64,000 nt of DNA from Paludibacteraceae bacterium (GCA_045602425.1 JAZSBO010000024.1:17434-81433), one strand, 5' to 3'; positions 19,604 to 28,441 are shown, numbered from the stretch's first letter. Made by a program: numbers and translations. Notes: generated by a model from the sequence alone, not told the origin.

Positions 19604-20395
19604 CTACTCTAAATACCTTACCAATCGCTCTACCGACGCATCTTTCAGTAGGACACGTTTTTGTTCATCTAAAAGATAAAGTGTAGGCAAAGCACGTATG
19701 CTATACAATGCTTTACCGTCTATATCCGGTGCATATACATTATGCCAAGAAGTGGGGCAATCCGACTTACGCCAAAGCTCCACATCATGGTCTATATATA
19801 CTGCCATTATCACCACTTGGTGAGCAAACCGAGAGTTTACAAGAACTCGCTTCACTTGTTTGCATTCATCGCAAGAAGGGTCGTAAAAAAACAACACGAC
19901 AAACTTGCCTTTCACATCGTACAGATTACCTTTCTCTCCGTTTTGATAGGTAAAACAAAAATCTGCCGCACAACTTCCTACTTGATTTTTTGCAATGGAT
20001 GCATGATGATTTTTATACCTCTCATAGCCCGACTTCTTATGAACTACATACTCTAAAAATACACTATATATCTTCTCATTATAGTAAGGAGAATTGGGCT
20101 CGTAGAGGTACTTTTCTGCCAACTGCATAAAACGCTCCATACACCCTGCTTGCTCTGCACGAAGGAGCAGACTCTGCACCTGCTCCGATTGCTCCGAATG
20201 CGACGACCGCACCACATCTATTAAAAACCGAGCAAACCGCTCCTCTGCTCTGTGCGACTCGACCTCTTCTTTGTTTCCAAATGCAAAACCATCCCACACA
20301 GAACGCTGTGGCGGTAGGGATTGTGCTGAGAGAAAACTATTTAACAGAAACAACCCATTAAATAATAAGACAGCATGTAGGAAACTTCTCTTCAT
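19604..20395 (-). CDS. TlpA/AhpC-like thioredoxin-fold protein with DUF5106-like N-terminal domain
   Basis: 263 aa. Signal peptide. FVVLFFYDPSCDECKQV contains a CxxC motif. C-terminal ALPTLYLLDEQKRVLLKD. Confidence 0.65.
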   Translation of the reverse strand: MKRSFLHAVLLFNGLFLLNSFLSAQSLPPQRSVWDGFAFGNKEEVESHRAEERFARFLIDVVRSSHSEQSEQVQSLLLRAEQAGCMERFMQLAEKYLYEPNSPYYNEKIYSVFLEYVVHKKSGYERYKNHHASIAKNQVGSCAADFCFTYQNGEKGNLYDVKGKFVVLFFYDPSCDECKQVKRVLVNSRFAHQVVIMAVYIDHDVELWRKSDCPTSWHNVYAPDIDGKALYSIRALPTLYLLDEQKRVLLKDASVERLVRYLE

Positions 20396-20402
20396 TCAAA
20401 TC

Positions 20403-21155
20403 TTAATAAAGTAGAATATCATCAAGAAACCACTGTCTCAACTCATCTTTTACAAAGAACTGAAAATCTTTATTTTCATCATACAATTTCTGAAAATCCT
20501 GTTCTGGCTTTTTTATTCTCAAAGAAAGAGCATATTCTGAAAGAGTGTTTGAATCCATTTTTATTGCAACACACACATCATCATTCAAATATTTTCCACT
20601 ACAAATAACTTCTGAATGATCAAGAATATGTTCCCACAGACGGAAACGCCTTACCATCATCTCCTTCAATGATTTCGTAGACATAAAAGTTCTATTTTCA
20701 TCGACAAAAAACTCTCCTACTCTATTTATATTTTCAGAAGCAATGCTATATGCTGCCATTTTACGGGCTTCGGATAAAGCAAAAACAGAATCTTCTTTAA
20801 TATCAAATATTCCAAAACCTCTCATTTCCCCATCAACCTGCTCAAATACTAAATCATGACATGGAAGCACAATCCGAGTTGTATCCAATTCTACAGATTC
20901 ATCCTCTGCAGAAAAATGTTTGGATACAGCCTCTCTAAATTTTTCTTCAAAAAACTTCTTTTTCAGAATAAGAAGAGAATCCATTTCTGTATCGGAAAAG
21001 AACTGCCTATACAAAGAAAACGACGTTTTTTCCCTTTCTGCCCAATCAAGTTCTCTTTGAAGACGATTTTCATTCTCTTCTACAAATGATTCTTCTGCTA
21101 ACGCAGCAGGTAGTGCTAACAGATAGCACATAACTAATGTTATAAAAATTCTCAT
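20403..21155 (-). CDS. Hypothetical secreted protein
   Basis: 250 aa. Signal peptide MRIFITLVMCYLLALPAALA. No motif recognised. Confidence 0.45.
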   Translation of the reverse strand: MRIFITLVMCYLLALPAALAEESFVEENENRLQRELDWAEREKTSFSLYRQFFSDTEMDSLLILKKKFFEEKFREAVSKHFSAEDESVELDTTRIVLPCHDLVFEQVDGEMRGFGIFDIKEDSVFALSEARKMAAYSIASENINRVGEFFVDENRTFMSTKSLKEMMVRRFRLWEHILDHSEVICSGKYLNDDVCVAIKMDSNTLSEYALSLRIKKPEQDFQKLYDENKDFQFFVKDELRQWFLDDILLY

Positions 21156-21302
21156 AATTAATTTATTTTAATCATTTGCCTTTCAAAGCAACATCATATT
21201 GAAGATTTTGTCCACAAGAAAGCTCCATATTATATATCATGTATACGGCATTTTCTCTACCATGAGAATAATAGGTGTCATATAAAGCATTAATACAAAT
21301 TA

Positions 21303-21626
21303 TCATACTCCGAAAAACACTGTAATTTTCGGAGTTTTACTCCAAATTTTAGTGCTTTTTTTGGAATTTGCGACAAGGTTACAAAAAAATCTACTATCCA
21401 ACAAATTTATTTTGCCAAAATACCCACGGGATATTCTATCCTTGCCGATAATGCTCTGTTCGCCATGTAGAAACCCATATACCACGCAATGCCTATCATA
21501 AAAAAGAAAATCCGCAAAATGTCTATTCAATGACAAGTACTGACAAAAAGCCACCTCACTTATCATAGACAGAAGAATAAACAGAAGTGTACGATTAATT
21601 AATAAATGCTTAAACATCTTAACCAA
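21303..21626 (-). CDS. Doubtful small ORF (possibly the front part of a disrupted gene)
   Basis: 107 aa with a hydrophobic N-terminus. A further 46-codon ORF follows in another frame (about 21177-21317). Confidence 0.2.
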   Translation of the reverse strand: MVKMFKHLLINRTLLFILLSMISEVAFCQYLSLNRHFADFLFYDRHCVVYGFLHGEQSIIGKDRISRGYFGKINLLDSRFFCNLVANSKKSTKIWSKTPKITVFFGV

Positions 21627-21667
21627 AGGTTCAGCTTTAGAAAAATTTTAACATACTCACTTATATA

Positions 21668-22777
21668 TTAAAAATAAGGAACGTATTGATTAAATGCCAA
21701 CCCAAATCCACCCACAAATCCACCTACATCTACAAATATACCTTGTTCACAAGAAGCACAACAGTCATCTATACTATATTTCCCATTTTCATATAAAAGT
21801 ATTCCGCTTCGTATGTATTCCCAATTCCACAAGTATGTACCTGTTCCAATACTGCATCCTGCGAGTCCAACGCGAGTTGATGTCTCTGACGGATATGTAA
21901 ATGTAACTGTAATAGAGACTTCTTTTCGTGCAGGAATTACTCCTGTATGCGATGAAAACAGCACACCTTCTTTTGGAATATTATAAATATTATAAGGAAC
22001 TTCTATATAACGATTGTTTTTTAAACGAAGATTTTTTGTAGTTGACTTTCCCGCTAAAGTATATTGACTACAATAAAAAACCATACGTGCTGGACCATTA
22101 GCCCAACTTCCTGTTCCCAAATCCGCTTCCCATGGATTAAACAACACCTTTAGTGTTATATTTTTGTTTCCATTATTAGAAGTAATATATAAAGTAGATG
22201 TATTTTCTACTTCTGTTAACACAGAGCGATTAATCGAAACCAAAATCATTTTTTTACCTTTTGGAGCAAGATTACCATTTTTATCACTTATTGCTTCAAT
22301 CCATGGAGTTGTAGTAGACATTATTTCCCACTCCAGATTTTCTGATCCATCATTAAATATAATAAACGAACATGATGTTATATCTTCAGAATCACCAAAA
22401 TCTAACACTTCTATCTCCTCTCCATTATCATTCAGCACTTTCAGTGCCGATGCCGATTTCTCTATCTGCACGTCGCATTTTGCAGCTTCGTTTGATAGTA
22501 CATTTACCATAGAAGTTGCAAAATCGACATAACCCGTTTTAGTTACCAATAGCGTGTAACTTCCAGGATTGAGTTGAGTAAACTCAAACTGTCCCTCACT
22601 ACCCGTTACGGTTTTCAATCCACCCGGGCTGAGTTCAACACCTGCCGATTTAATCGGCTCACCTGTGGCTTTATCCACCACCGTACCATAAATACTACCA
22701 GGAAGATCATCATTTTCGCAACCTTGCCATAGCAATATCACAAAAGATAGTAATAGATATTTAAATAACAGTTTCAT
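21668..22777 (-). CDS. Surface lipoprotein paralog 3: CarboxypepD_reg + BACON/Ig-like domain + unrelated Cys/Gly-rich tail
   Basis: 369 aa. Lipobox LLWQGC followed by CENDD. GTVVDKATGEPIKSAGVEL...GSYTLLV. LEWEIMSTT...STLYITSNNGNKNITLKV. The tail contains DDCCASCEQG and VGGFVGGFGLAF. There is an ATGA overlap with the upstream paralog. Confidence 0.7.
   Translation of the reverse strand: MKLLFKYLLLSFVILLWQGCENDDLPGSIYGTVVDKATGEPIKSAGVELSPGGLKTVTGSEGQFEFTQLNPGSYTLLVTKTGYVDFATSMVNVLSNEAAKCDVQIEKSASALKVLNDNGEEIEVLDFGDSEDITSCSFIIFNDGSENLEWEIMSTTTPWIEAISDKNGNLAPKGKKMILVSINRSVLTEVENTSTLYITSNNGNKNITLKVLFNPWEADLGTGSWANGPARMVFYCSQYTLAGKSTTKNLRLKNNRYIEVPYNIYNIPKEGVLFSSHTGVIPARKEVSITVTFTYPSETSTRVGLAGCSIGTGTYLWNWEYIRSGILLYENGKYSIDDCCASCEQGIFVDVGGFVGGFGLAFNQYVPYF
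22448..22777 (-). repeat. Near-identical 5' coding block shared by the three paralogs (copy 3)
   Basis: The DNA aligns by eye with 24373-24702 and 26305-26634, for example ...accaggaagatcatcattttcgcaaccttgccata... Boundaries are approximate. Confidence 0.7.
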
Positions 22778-24702
22778 TCATTATTTATTGTTCTGACACA
22801 ACGGACACTTTTTATATCAGATTTAAATCCAGTACGAATTTCCCCATATTCTTCAGAAAAATCAATATAATAAGTATATTGATCGTTTAAATCTTTAGAA
22901 GTCCAATAATGAGCAAGATTATCATCCCAAGAAGAAGGAGGGCGTGTATCTATTAAAATTAAATTAGGTATTTCATATTTATACTTAAATAATTCACTCA
23001 ATTCTACAAATGTAGGAAGATGCCAGTCCGTAAACCCAGCATATGAGTATTCTTCACATAAATTAATTGCTTCTCGCCATTTAGCTCCACCTATATCAAA
23101 ATTGGAAACCATTAAATTAGACGCTGATAATACAGTATATCTTGAATCACTTGCCTTAAAAGATTTAACATTACCATATACCACTTTTCCTGATGAAACC
23201 GCATACGCACGTACATAGTAAGTATTATTTAAAATTAAACTATTTACTGTTGCCTGTATTGCACCTACTCCTGACATTGACACTTCCTCTTTTGTAGCTC
23301 CATTATCTAACGTAGGTAAAGACATCGTTCCATACACAAAACCGCATTCGGTATAAGCGGGATCTCCTGCAGAAACTATCGTTCCATTAAAACTTGCTGT
23401 TGATTCTGTGAGATTGACAACAGAACCTGTCTCTATCGTCGGCATTATGGCATTAAAATCAAATGACACCTCTTCTCCGTAAGCAATACCCTGTTCATTT
23501 ATTGCATACGCACGAACATAATACGTATTACCTAATTGCAAATTAGTAGCATTAGTCGAAAATTCACCTATACCCTTACCTGTTGCAACAACTTTTATAT
23601 CGCTATCTACCATTGGGTTATGGGTTGTGGCATATACAAAACCACGTTCCGTATAAATTGGATCACCCTCATCAATAATGGTCCCGTTAAAAGTTGCTTT
23701 ACCTGCTGTGCGAGAGATGTTTGTGACGGCTTGCGTGCTGACTTGAGGCAATGCATCAGAAGGAGTGAACGACACCTCATTCGTACTATATGCTTCTTTA
23801 CCTGCGTTAATGGCATATGCACGCACATAGTAGGTTTTGCCTTTTGTTAATCCTGCTACTGTAGCGGAATAGGTTTTGCTATCAGTCAATGTAGAAGTTA
23901 TTTTCTGAATACAACTACCTAATGTAGGCATAGAGGATTCCGAATACACAAAACCGCGTTCACTATATTTAGGGCTACCGTCTGTCAATATCTCGCCATT
24001 AAGGGTGGCAGTAGTAGTTTTTACGTTTGTCGCAGCCAAGGTGTTAAGCGTAGTAAGAATAGGACCGGTTGCTATAATTTTCAATTGCTTACTACCATTA
24101 TTGGATGTAATATGCACCGTAGTTGTATTCTCTCCACTTTTGAGTTTTGTTCTATCAATCGACACAATCAAGGATTGAGTAGCACCAGCAGATAAAACAC
24201 CCTCTTCTTTACTAATGGATTTTACCCAATCGGCAGTAGCCACTATCTGCCACTCCAACGACTCCTCGCCATCATTAAACAAGCTGAACGAACGTACTAC
24301 ATCGTCCACCGAACTACCAAAATCCAACTCACTTATCTCCTGACGGCTGTCGTTCACCACCTTCAATGCAGGTGGCAATTTCTCTATCTGCACATCACCT
24401 TTGGCTGTTTGTGCAGATTCTACTACAATTGTATTACTTGCAAAATCAAAGTAACCCGTTTTAGTTACCAATAGCGTGTAACTTCCAGGATTGAGTTGAG
24501 TAAACTCAAACTGACCCTCGCTACCAGTAACGGTTTTCAATCCTCCAGGAGAGAGTTCCACACCTGCCGATTTAATCGGCTCACCGGTAGCTTTATCCAC
24601 CACCGTACCATAGATACTACCAGGAAGATCATCATTTTCGCAACCTTGCCATAGGAGGGTTGCCAACAAAACCAAAGACAAAAGATAAAAGATTTTTTTC
24701 AT
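22774..24702 (-). CDS. Surface lipoprotein paralog 2: CarboxypepD_reg + BACON/Ig-like + 3 beta-sandwich repeats + DUF1566 lectin-like head
   Basis: 642 aa. Lipobox LLWQGC then CENDD. Three ~100-aa repeats each end in TYYVRAYA. C-terminal FTDWHLPTFVELSELF...HYWTS...VRCVR is typical of the DUF1566/Lcl C-terminal domain. Confidence 0.75.
   Translation of the reverse strand: MKKIFYLLSLVLLATLLWQGCENDDLPGSIYGTVVDKATGEPIKSAGVELSPGGLKTVTGSEGQFEFTQLNPGSYTLLVTKTGYFDFASNTIVVESAQTAKGDVQIEKLPPALKVVNDSRQEISELDFGSSVDDVVRSFSLFNDGEESLEWQIVATADWVKSISKEEGVLSAGATQSLIVSIDRTKLKSGENTTTVHITSNNGSKQLKIIATGPILTTLNTLAATNVKTTTATLNGEILTDGSPKYSERGFVYSESSMPTLGSCIQKITSTLTDSKTYSATVAGLTKGKTYYVRAYAINAGKEAYSTNEVSFTPSDALPQVSTQAVTNISRTAGKATFNGTIIDEGDPIYTERGFVYATTHNPMVDSDIKVVATGKGIGEFSTNATNLQLGNTYYVRAYAINEQGIAYGEEVSFDFNAIMPTIETGSVVNLTESTASFNGTIVSAGDPAYTECGFVYGTMSLPTLDNGATKEEVSMSGVGAIQATVNSLILNNTYYVRAYAVSSGKVVYGNVKSFKASDSRYTVLSASNLMVSNFDIGGAKWREAINLCEEYSYAGFTDWHLPTFVELSELFKYKYEIPNLILIDTRPPSSWDDNLAHYWTSKDLNDQYTYYIDFSEEYGEIRTGFKSDIKSVRCVRTINNE
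24057..24702 (-). repeat. Near-identical 5' coding block (copy 2, about 215 codons shared with copy 1)
   Basis: For example, 24277-24396 is almost identical to 26209-26328. Boundaries are approximate. Confidence 0.7.
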
Positions 24703-24720
24703 AGATGTAATAGTTAATTT

Positions 24721-26634
24721 CTAATTTTCTTTCCTGACACAACGCACACGGTGGTCGCCGTTCTTGCCGTTGTTGTAGTAGCTGGTCTGATTGCCAGTGC
24801 TGAAATGCTGAAGCCACACGTAGTTACTGCCACTACTATACTCCGTACTGCTCCAATAGTAGGCACTAAAGAAACCACCTATTTCATTTTTGTAGATATA
24901 CATCGTATTTAGTACACTTTTTGATGGCAACACCCAATCTGAATATCCACCGTATGTCAAATTCTCACAAGTACTCATGGCTTGATACCAATCCATGTAA
25001 TTACTAAATTCTGGATGAACACGATACGTTTCTTCTGCGTGAACAAAAGTAGGTAGGTTGTTATATGCAATCTCTTCTGGAGAAATATGCCACACTATGC
25101 CATAAGCGATATTTGAACCACTTATAGCGTAGGCACGCACATAAATAGTTTCTTTACCCATGTTGTCTATTGAAACTTCTTTTTCAAATTGTGCTGACGT
25201 ATTTTTAGCAACAATTACTTTTGTTACTGCCTCATCATCAATCATTGGATTTTGCATTGTACCATAAATAAAACCACGTTCGGTATATTCAGGATCGCCT
25301 GCATTAGTAATTTTACCAATGAAATATGCTGTTGTACTACTTTTAACTTTGACAGAAAATGTTGTTACTTGTGGTGGGATAGCTTTGAAATCAGCTACCA
25401 CTTCTTCGCCATAGGCAGTGCCTTGTGTGTTGGTAGCATATGCACGAACATAGTATATGGTGCCTAATTGCAAATTATCTACATTGGCAGAAAACTCACC
25501 ATTTCCTTTACCTGCCGCCACTACCTTTGTATCGCTACCCACCATAGGATTATGCGTGGTAGCATACACAAATCCACGTTCAGTATAAATAGGTTCGCCA
25601 CTATCAACAATTGTTCCATTGAATGTGGCACGACCTGCCGAACGAGAAATGTCCGTTACTGCTTGAGTAGTTACTTGTGCCAAGCATTCTGAAGGGGTGA
25701 ACGAAATTTCATTTGTGCTATAGACTTCTTTTTCTCCATTGACAGCATAGGCGCGAGCATAATATGTTTTACCTTGAGTCAGACCAGTAATAATAGCAGA
25801 AAATTTTTTACTATCGGTCAATGTAGATGTCACCTTTTTTATGCAGTCTTCAAATGTCGGCATTGAGGATTCGGAATAAACAAAACCACGTTCGCTATAC
25901 TTAGGACTACCATCCGTCAGAATCTCGCCATTGAGTGTGACTGTGGTCGTTTTTACATTGGTAGCAGGCAATGTATTAAGCGTAGCAAGTGTGGGACCTG
26001 TTGCGATAATGGTCAATTGCTTGGCTCCGTTGTTGGAAGAGATATGCAACGTCGTTGTGTTTTTTCCACTTTTAAGTTTTGCTCTATCAAGCGTCACAAT
26101 CAACGACTGTGTCGCTCCTGCAGAAAGCACACCTTCTGTCTTGCTAACGGACTTAATCCATTCTGCTGTTGTAGTGATTTGCCACTCCAAAGATTCTTCG
26201 CCATCGTTAAACAAGCTGAACGAACGTGCTACATCGTCCACCGAACTACCAAAATCTAACTCACTTATCTCTTGACGGCTGTCGTTCACCACCTTCAATG
26301 CAGGTGGCAATTTTTCTATCTGCACATCGCATTTTGCAATTTCGTTGGATAGGACATTTACCGTAGAAGTTGCAAAATCGACATAACCTGTCTTGGTAAT
26401 CAACAAGGTGTATTTGCCAGGCGTCAGCTGCGTAAACTCAAACTGTCCCTCGCTACCCGTTACGGTTTTAAGTCCACCCGGGCTGAGTTCCACACCTGCC
26501 GACTTGATAGGTTCACCTGTGGCTTTATCCACCACCGTACCATAGATACTACCAGGAAGATCATCATTTTCGCAACCTTGCCATAGGAGGGTTGCCAACA
26601 AAACCAAAGACAAAAGGTAAATGAGTTTTTTCAT
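24721..26634 (-). CDS. Surface lipoprotein paralog 1: CarboxypepD_reg + BACON/Ig-like + 3 beta-sandwich repeats + DUF1566 lectin-like head
   Basis: 637 aa. Same architecture as paralog 2. Repeats end in TYYARAYA, IYYVRAYA and IYVRAYA. C-terminal YSDWVLPSKSVLNTMY...YYWSSTEY...VRCVRKEN. Confidence 0.75.
   Translation of the reverse strand: MKKLIYLLSLVLLATLLWQGCENDDLPGSIYGTVVDKATGEPIKSAGVELSPGGLKTVTGSEGQFEFTQLTPGKYTLLITKTGYVDFATSTVNVLSNEIAKCDVQIEKLPPALKVVNDSRQEISELDFGSSVDDVARSFSLFNDGEESLEWQITTTAEWIKSVSKTEGVLSAGATQSLIVTLDRAKLKSGKNTTTLHISSNNGAKQLTIIATGPTLATLNTLPATNVKTTTVTLNGEILTDGSPKYSERGFVYSESSMPTFEDCIKKVTSTLTDSKKFSAIITGLTQGKTYYARAYAVNGEKEVYSTNEISFTPSECLAQVTTQAVTDISRSAGRATFNGTIVDSGEPIYTERGFVYATTHNPMVGSDTKVVAAGKGNGEFSANVDNLQLGTIYYVRAYATNTQGTAYGEEVVADFKAIPPQVTTFSVKVKSSTTAYFIGKITNAGDPEYTERGFIYGTMQNPMIDDEAVTKVIVAKNTSAQFEKEVSIDNMGKETIYVRAYAISGSNIAYGIVWHISPEEIAYNNLPTFVHAEETYRVHPEFSNYMDWYQAMSTCENLTYGGYSDWVLPSKSVLNTMYIYKNEIGGFFSAYYWSSTEYSSGSNYVWLQHFSTGNQTSYYNNGKNGDHRVRCVRKEN
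25989..26634 (-). repeat. Near-identical 5' coding block (copy 1)
   Basis: See copy 2. Boundaries are approximate. Confidence 0.7.
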
Positions 26635-26669
26635 GACAAAAGAATAAATTATGTAAGTGTATATGTATA

Positions 26670-26987
26670 TTATTTTTTCTGCAAAGTGATATTCACATTT
26701 GCTGTAGCACCAGCTACTACGGTAATAGTTTTACGATTAGAGCTATAACCTGTAGCTTGTACTGTAAGCGTGTATTGCCCCGCTTCTAAATCTTGGAATT
26801 CAAAATATCCATCCGAACCAGTTATAGAATTTTTACCCGATGGACTTAAAATAACAGATACTCCATCGATAGGATCTTTTGTTTGTTCATCGACCACAGT
26901 ACCCGTAATTGTAGAAAACACATCGTAAGTTACAGGAGAACAAGAAGCAAACAACACAAGTGATAATACAAATAAATACTTTTTCAT
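26670..26987 (-). CDS. Mini-lipoprotein consisting of a single CarboxypepD_reg-like domain
   Basis: 105 aa. Lipobox LFASC. ITGTVVDEQTKDPIDGVSVILSPSGKNSITGSDGYFEFQDLEAGQYTLTVQATGY. Confidence 0.75.
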   Translation of the reverse strand: MKKYLFVLSLVLFASCSPVTYDVFSTITGTVVDEQTKDPIDGVSVILSPSGKNSITGSDGYFEFQDLEAGQYTLTVQATGYSSNRKTITVVAGATANVNITLQKK

Positions 26988-26999
26988 TATTTCAAAATT

Positions 27000-27794
27000 T
27001 TAAAAATTAAACCTCATTGCTAATCCACCACCATCATACGTTGCATAAGGTGCCATGTGCAGTTGAGCCGTTCCTACCATAACATGCTTTTTCCCTTTAG
27101 CAACAATACCATCTATCACATTCCATACATACAAGGCAGCAGCTCCAGCAATACATACATTACGAGTAATTACACAAGCGTTTGCTTTATTAGCATATTG
27201 TTGTTTTAATATGCTATTATGCGTCATCCCTATCTGCTGTTCATAATTATTACGTAAACATTCAGCCGCAACAATACCTCCAATAAAAACTACTTCACCT
27301 GCAATAAAACAAGCTCCTTTTGCAACACTACCTTTATATATTTGTGCCATACCAGGCACAAAAACACGAGCAGAAAAAGGATATTTCTCTGACACCGTAA
27401 CAGGTTCTAATGTAAAAGTTGGATTTTTAGCCGTTTGCACTAGTAAATACACTTTATAAATACCAGCACTTAATCGCTCATGATATTCATCTACAATTCT
27501 CGCATTTACAATCAGTTTCTTTTCGCTGACAACTTGCAAATTATTATTAAGTGAGGATACCGTAGCATCTGTTCCTGTAGCCAAACTACGACGTGCAATT
27601 ATTTGTTGAGTAGCTTTTTTCTTTGCGTCTTCCAAATCATAACCCTCTCCTATAACTACCTCTATATATGAATTTTTAGATTCTTCAAAGTATCCATTTG
27701 TCCATTGGGGACGTTCTTGTGCAAAAGTGCATTGCTCTACTATAAAAAGGAAAAACAATGCACTTATGACTATTTTCAAAAATCGGTTCATCAA
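27000..27794 (-). CDS. Protein with LPP20-like N-domain fused to a DUF5683-like membrane region
   Basis: 264 aa. Signal peptide. RPQWTNGYF...YIEVVIGEGYDLEDAKKKATQQIIARRSLA shows the LPP20-type pattern. FVPGMAQIYKGSVAKGACFIAGEVVFIGG and LYVWNVIDGIVAKG resemble DUF5683. It ends ...AMRFNF. Confidence 0.5.
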   Translation of the reverse strand: MMNRFLKIVISALFFLFIVEQCTFAQERPQWTNGYFEESKNSYIEVVIGEGYDLEDAKKKATQQIIARRSLATGTDATVSSLNNNLQVVSEKKLIVNARIVDEYHERLSAGIYKVYLLVQTAKNPTFTLEPVTVSEKYPFSARVFVPGMAQIYKGSVAKGACFIAGEVVFIGGIVAAECLRNNYEQQIGMTHNSILKQQYANKANACVITRNVCIAGAAALYVWNVIDGIVAKGKKHVMVGTAQLHMAPYATYDGGGLAMRFNF

Positions 27795-27799
27795 TGAAA

Positions 27800-28396
27800 T
27801 TATTTATTATTCTCTTGATATTGTTTAAATCGTTCTGTCATTTGTTCTCTATATTGAGATTCATGAAAGCCAATTTTCATTTTTTCTTCGTCAGTTAACT
27901 TATTAGCGACCTCATCAGCAATTTTTTGAGATAAATCAACCTTTGGAATTCTTATAGCAACGTAACATTCTATATGTCCATCTGCTGCAACTGAACCATA
28001 TTTTACACAACATTCAGCAGTATTATTAACAACAGCATCGATTATCTGATCACCTGCCTTTGACATTTTAGTTTCGATATCGTTGCCAGCATTGTTCCCT
28101 ACCGACGATGAATAATTACTCACCATACCTTTATACGCATGTTTAATTTTCATACGAACAATATCTTGTGCATTTGCTAAAGCATACGCATGCACCTCGC
28201 CTTTTTGATTCATACTACCGCGATAAATTCCAGTTGCAGCAAATTCCTCTGGCGTATCATAAACGGTACATGGTGCTTCATAAACATCTCCAAAAGGGCT
28301 ACTACTTGTTTGTTGTTGTGCTACTTGTTTTTGAGCTCCACACGAACAAAACACTACAGCCAATAAGGCTAAACTAAATAAACTTACTTTTCTCAT
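27800..28396 (-). CDS. LPP20/FlgP-like small lipoprotein (paralog of 57915-58463)
   Basis: 198 aa. Lipobox VVFCSC. It shares landmarks with the 182-aa protein at 57915-58463: PC after the signal peptide, NYSSS/NYASS, DG..(E/R)CYV.I.I, and a charged C-terminal helix. Confidence 0.55.
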   Translation of the reverse strand: MRKVSLFSLALLAVVFCSCGAQKQVAQQQTSSSPFGDVYEAPCTVYDTPEEFAATGIYRGSMNQKGEVHAYALANAQDIVRMKIKHAYKGMVSNYSSSVGNNAGNDIETKMSKAGDQIIDAVVNNTAECCVKYGSVAADGHIECYVAIRIPKVDLSQKIADEVANKLTDEEKMKIGFHESQYREQMTERFKQYQENNK

Positions 28397-28441
28397 TTTT
28401 AATAAAATTTAAATTGTTAATAAATAAAAAAATATCAGCGA

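Noticed and set aside
18209-20297. Antisense and alternative-frame ORFs (up to 245 aa) overlap the transglutaminase-like and thioredoxin-like genes.
   Set aside because: Same explanation. They are Arg/Leu/Cys-rich translation artefacts of GC-rich DNA, and the minus-strand genes have signal peptides and recognisable motifs.
1585-26634. Diversity-generating retroelement (DGR) idea. The window contains several C-type-lectin-fold proteins (an FGE domain and DUF1566 heads), which are the classic DGR target folds.
   Set aside because: No reverse transcriptase ORF is present in the window. I also could not find a template-repeat copy of any of the C-terminal regions, nor an adenine-specific mismatch pattern. 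This cannot be fully excluded without a repeat search against the whole genome.
21668-26634. The repeated DNA blocks could be mistaken for a CRISPR-like or non-coding tandem array.
   Set aside because: The repeats are hundreds of bp long, in frame, and encode the conserved N-terminal domains of three paralogous lipoproteins. There is no short repeat-spacer periodicity anywhere in the window.
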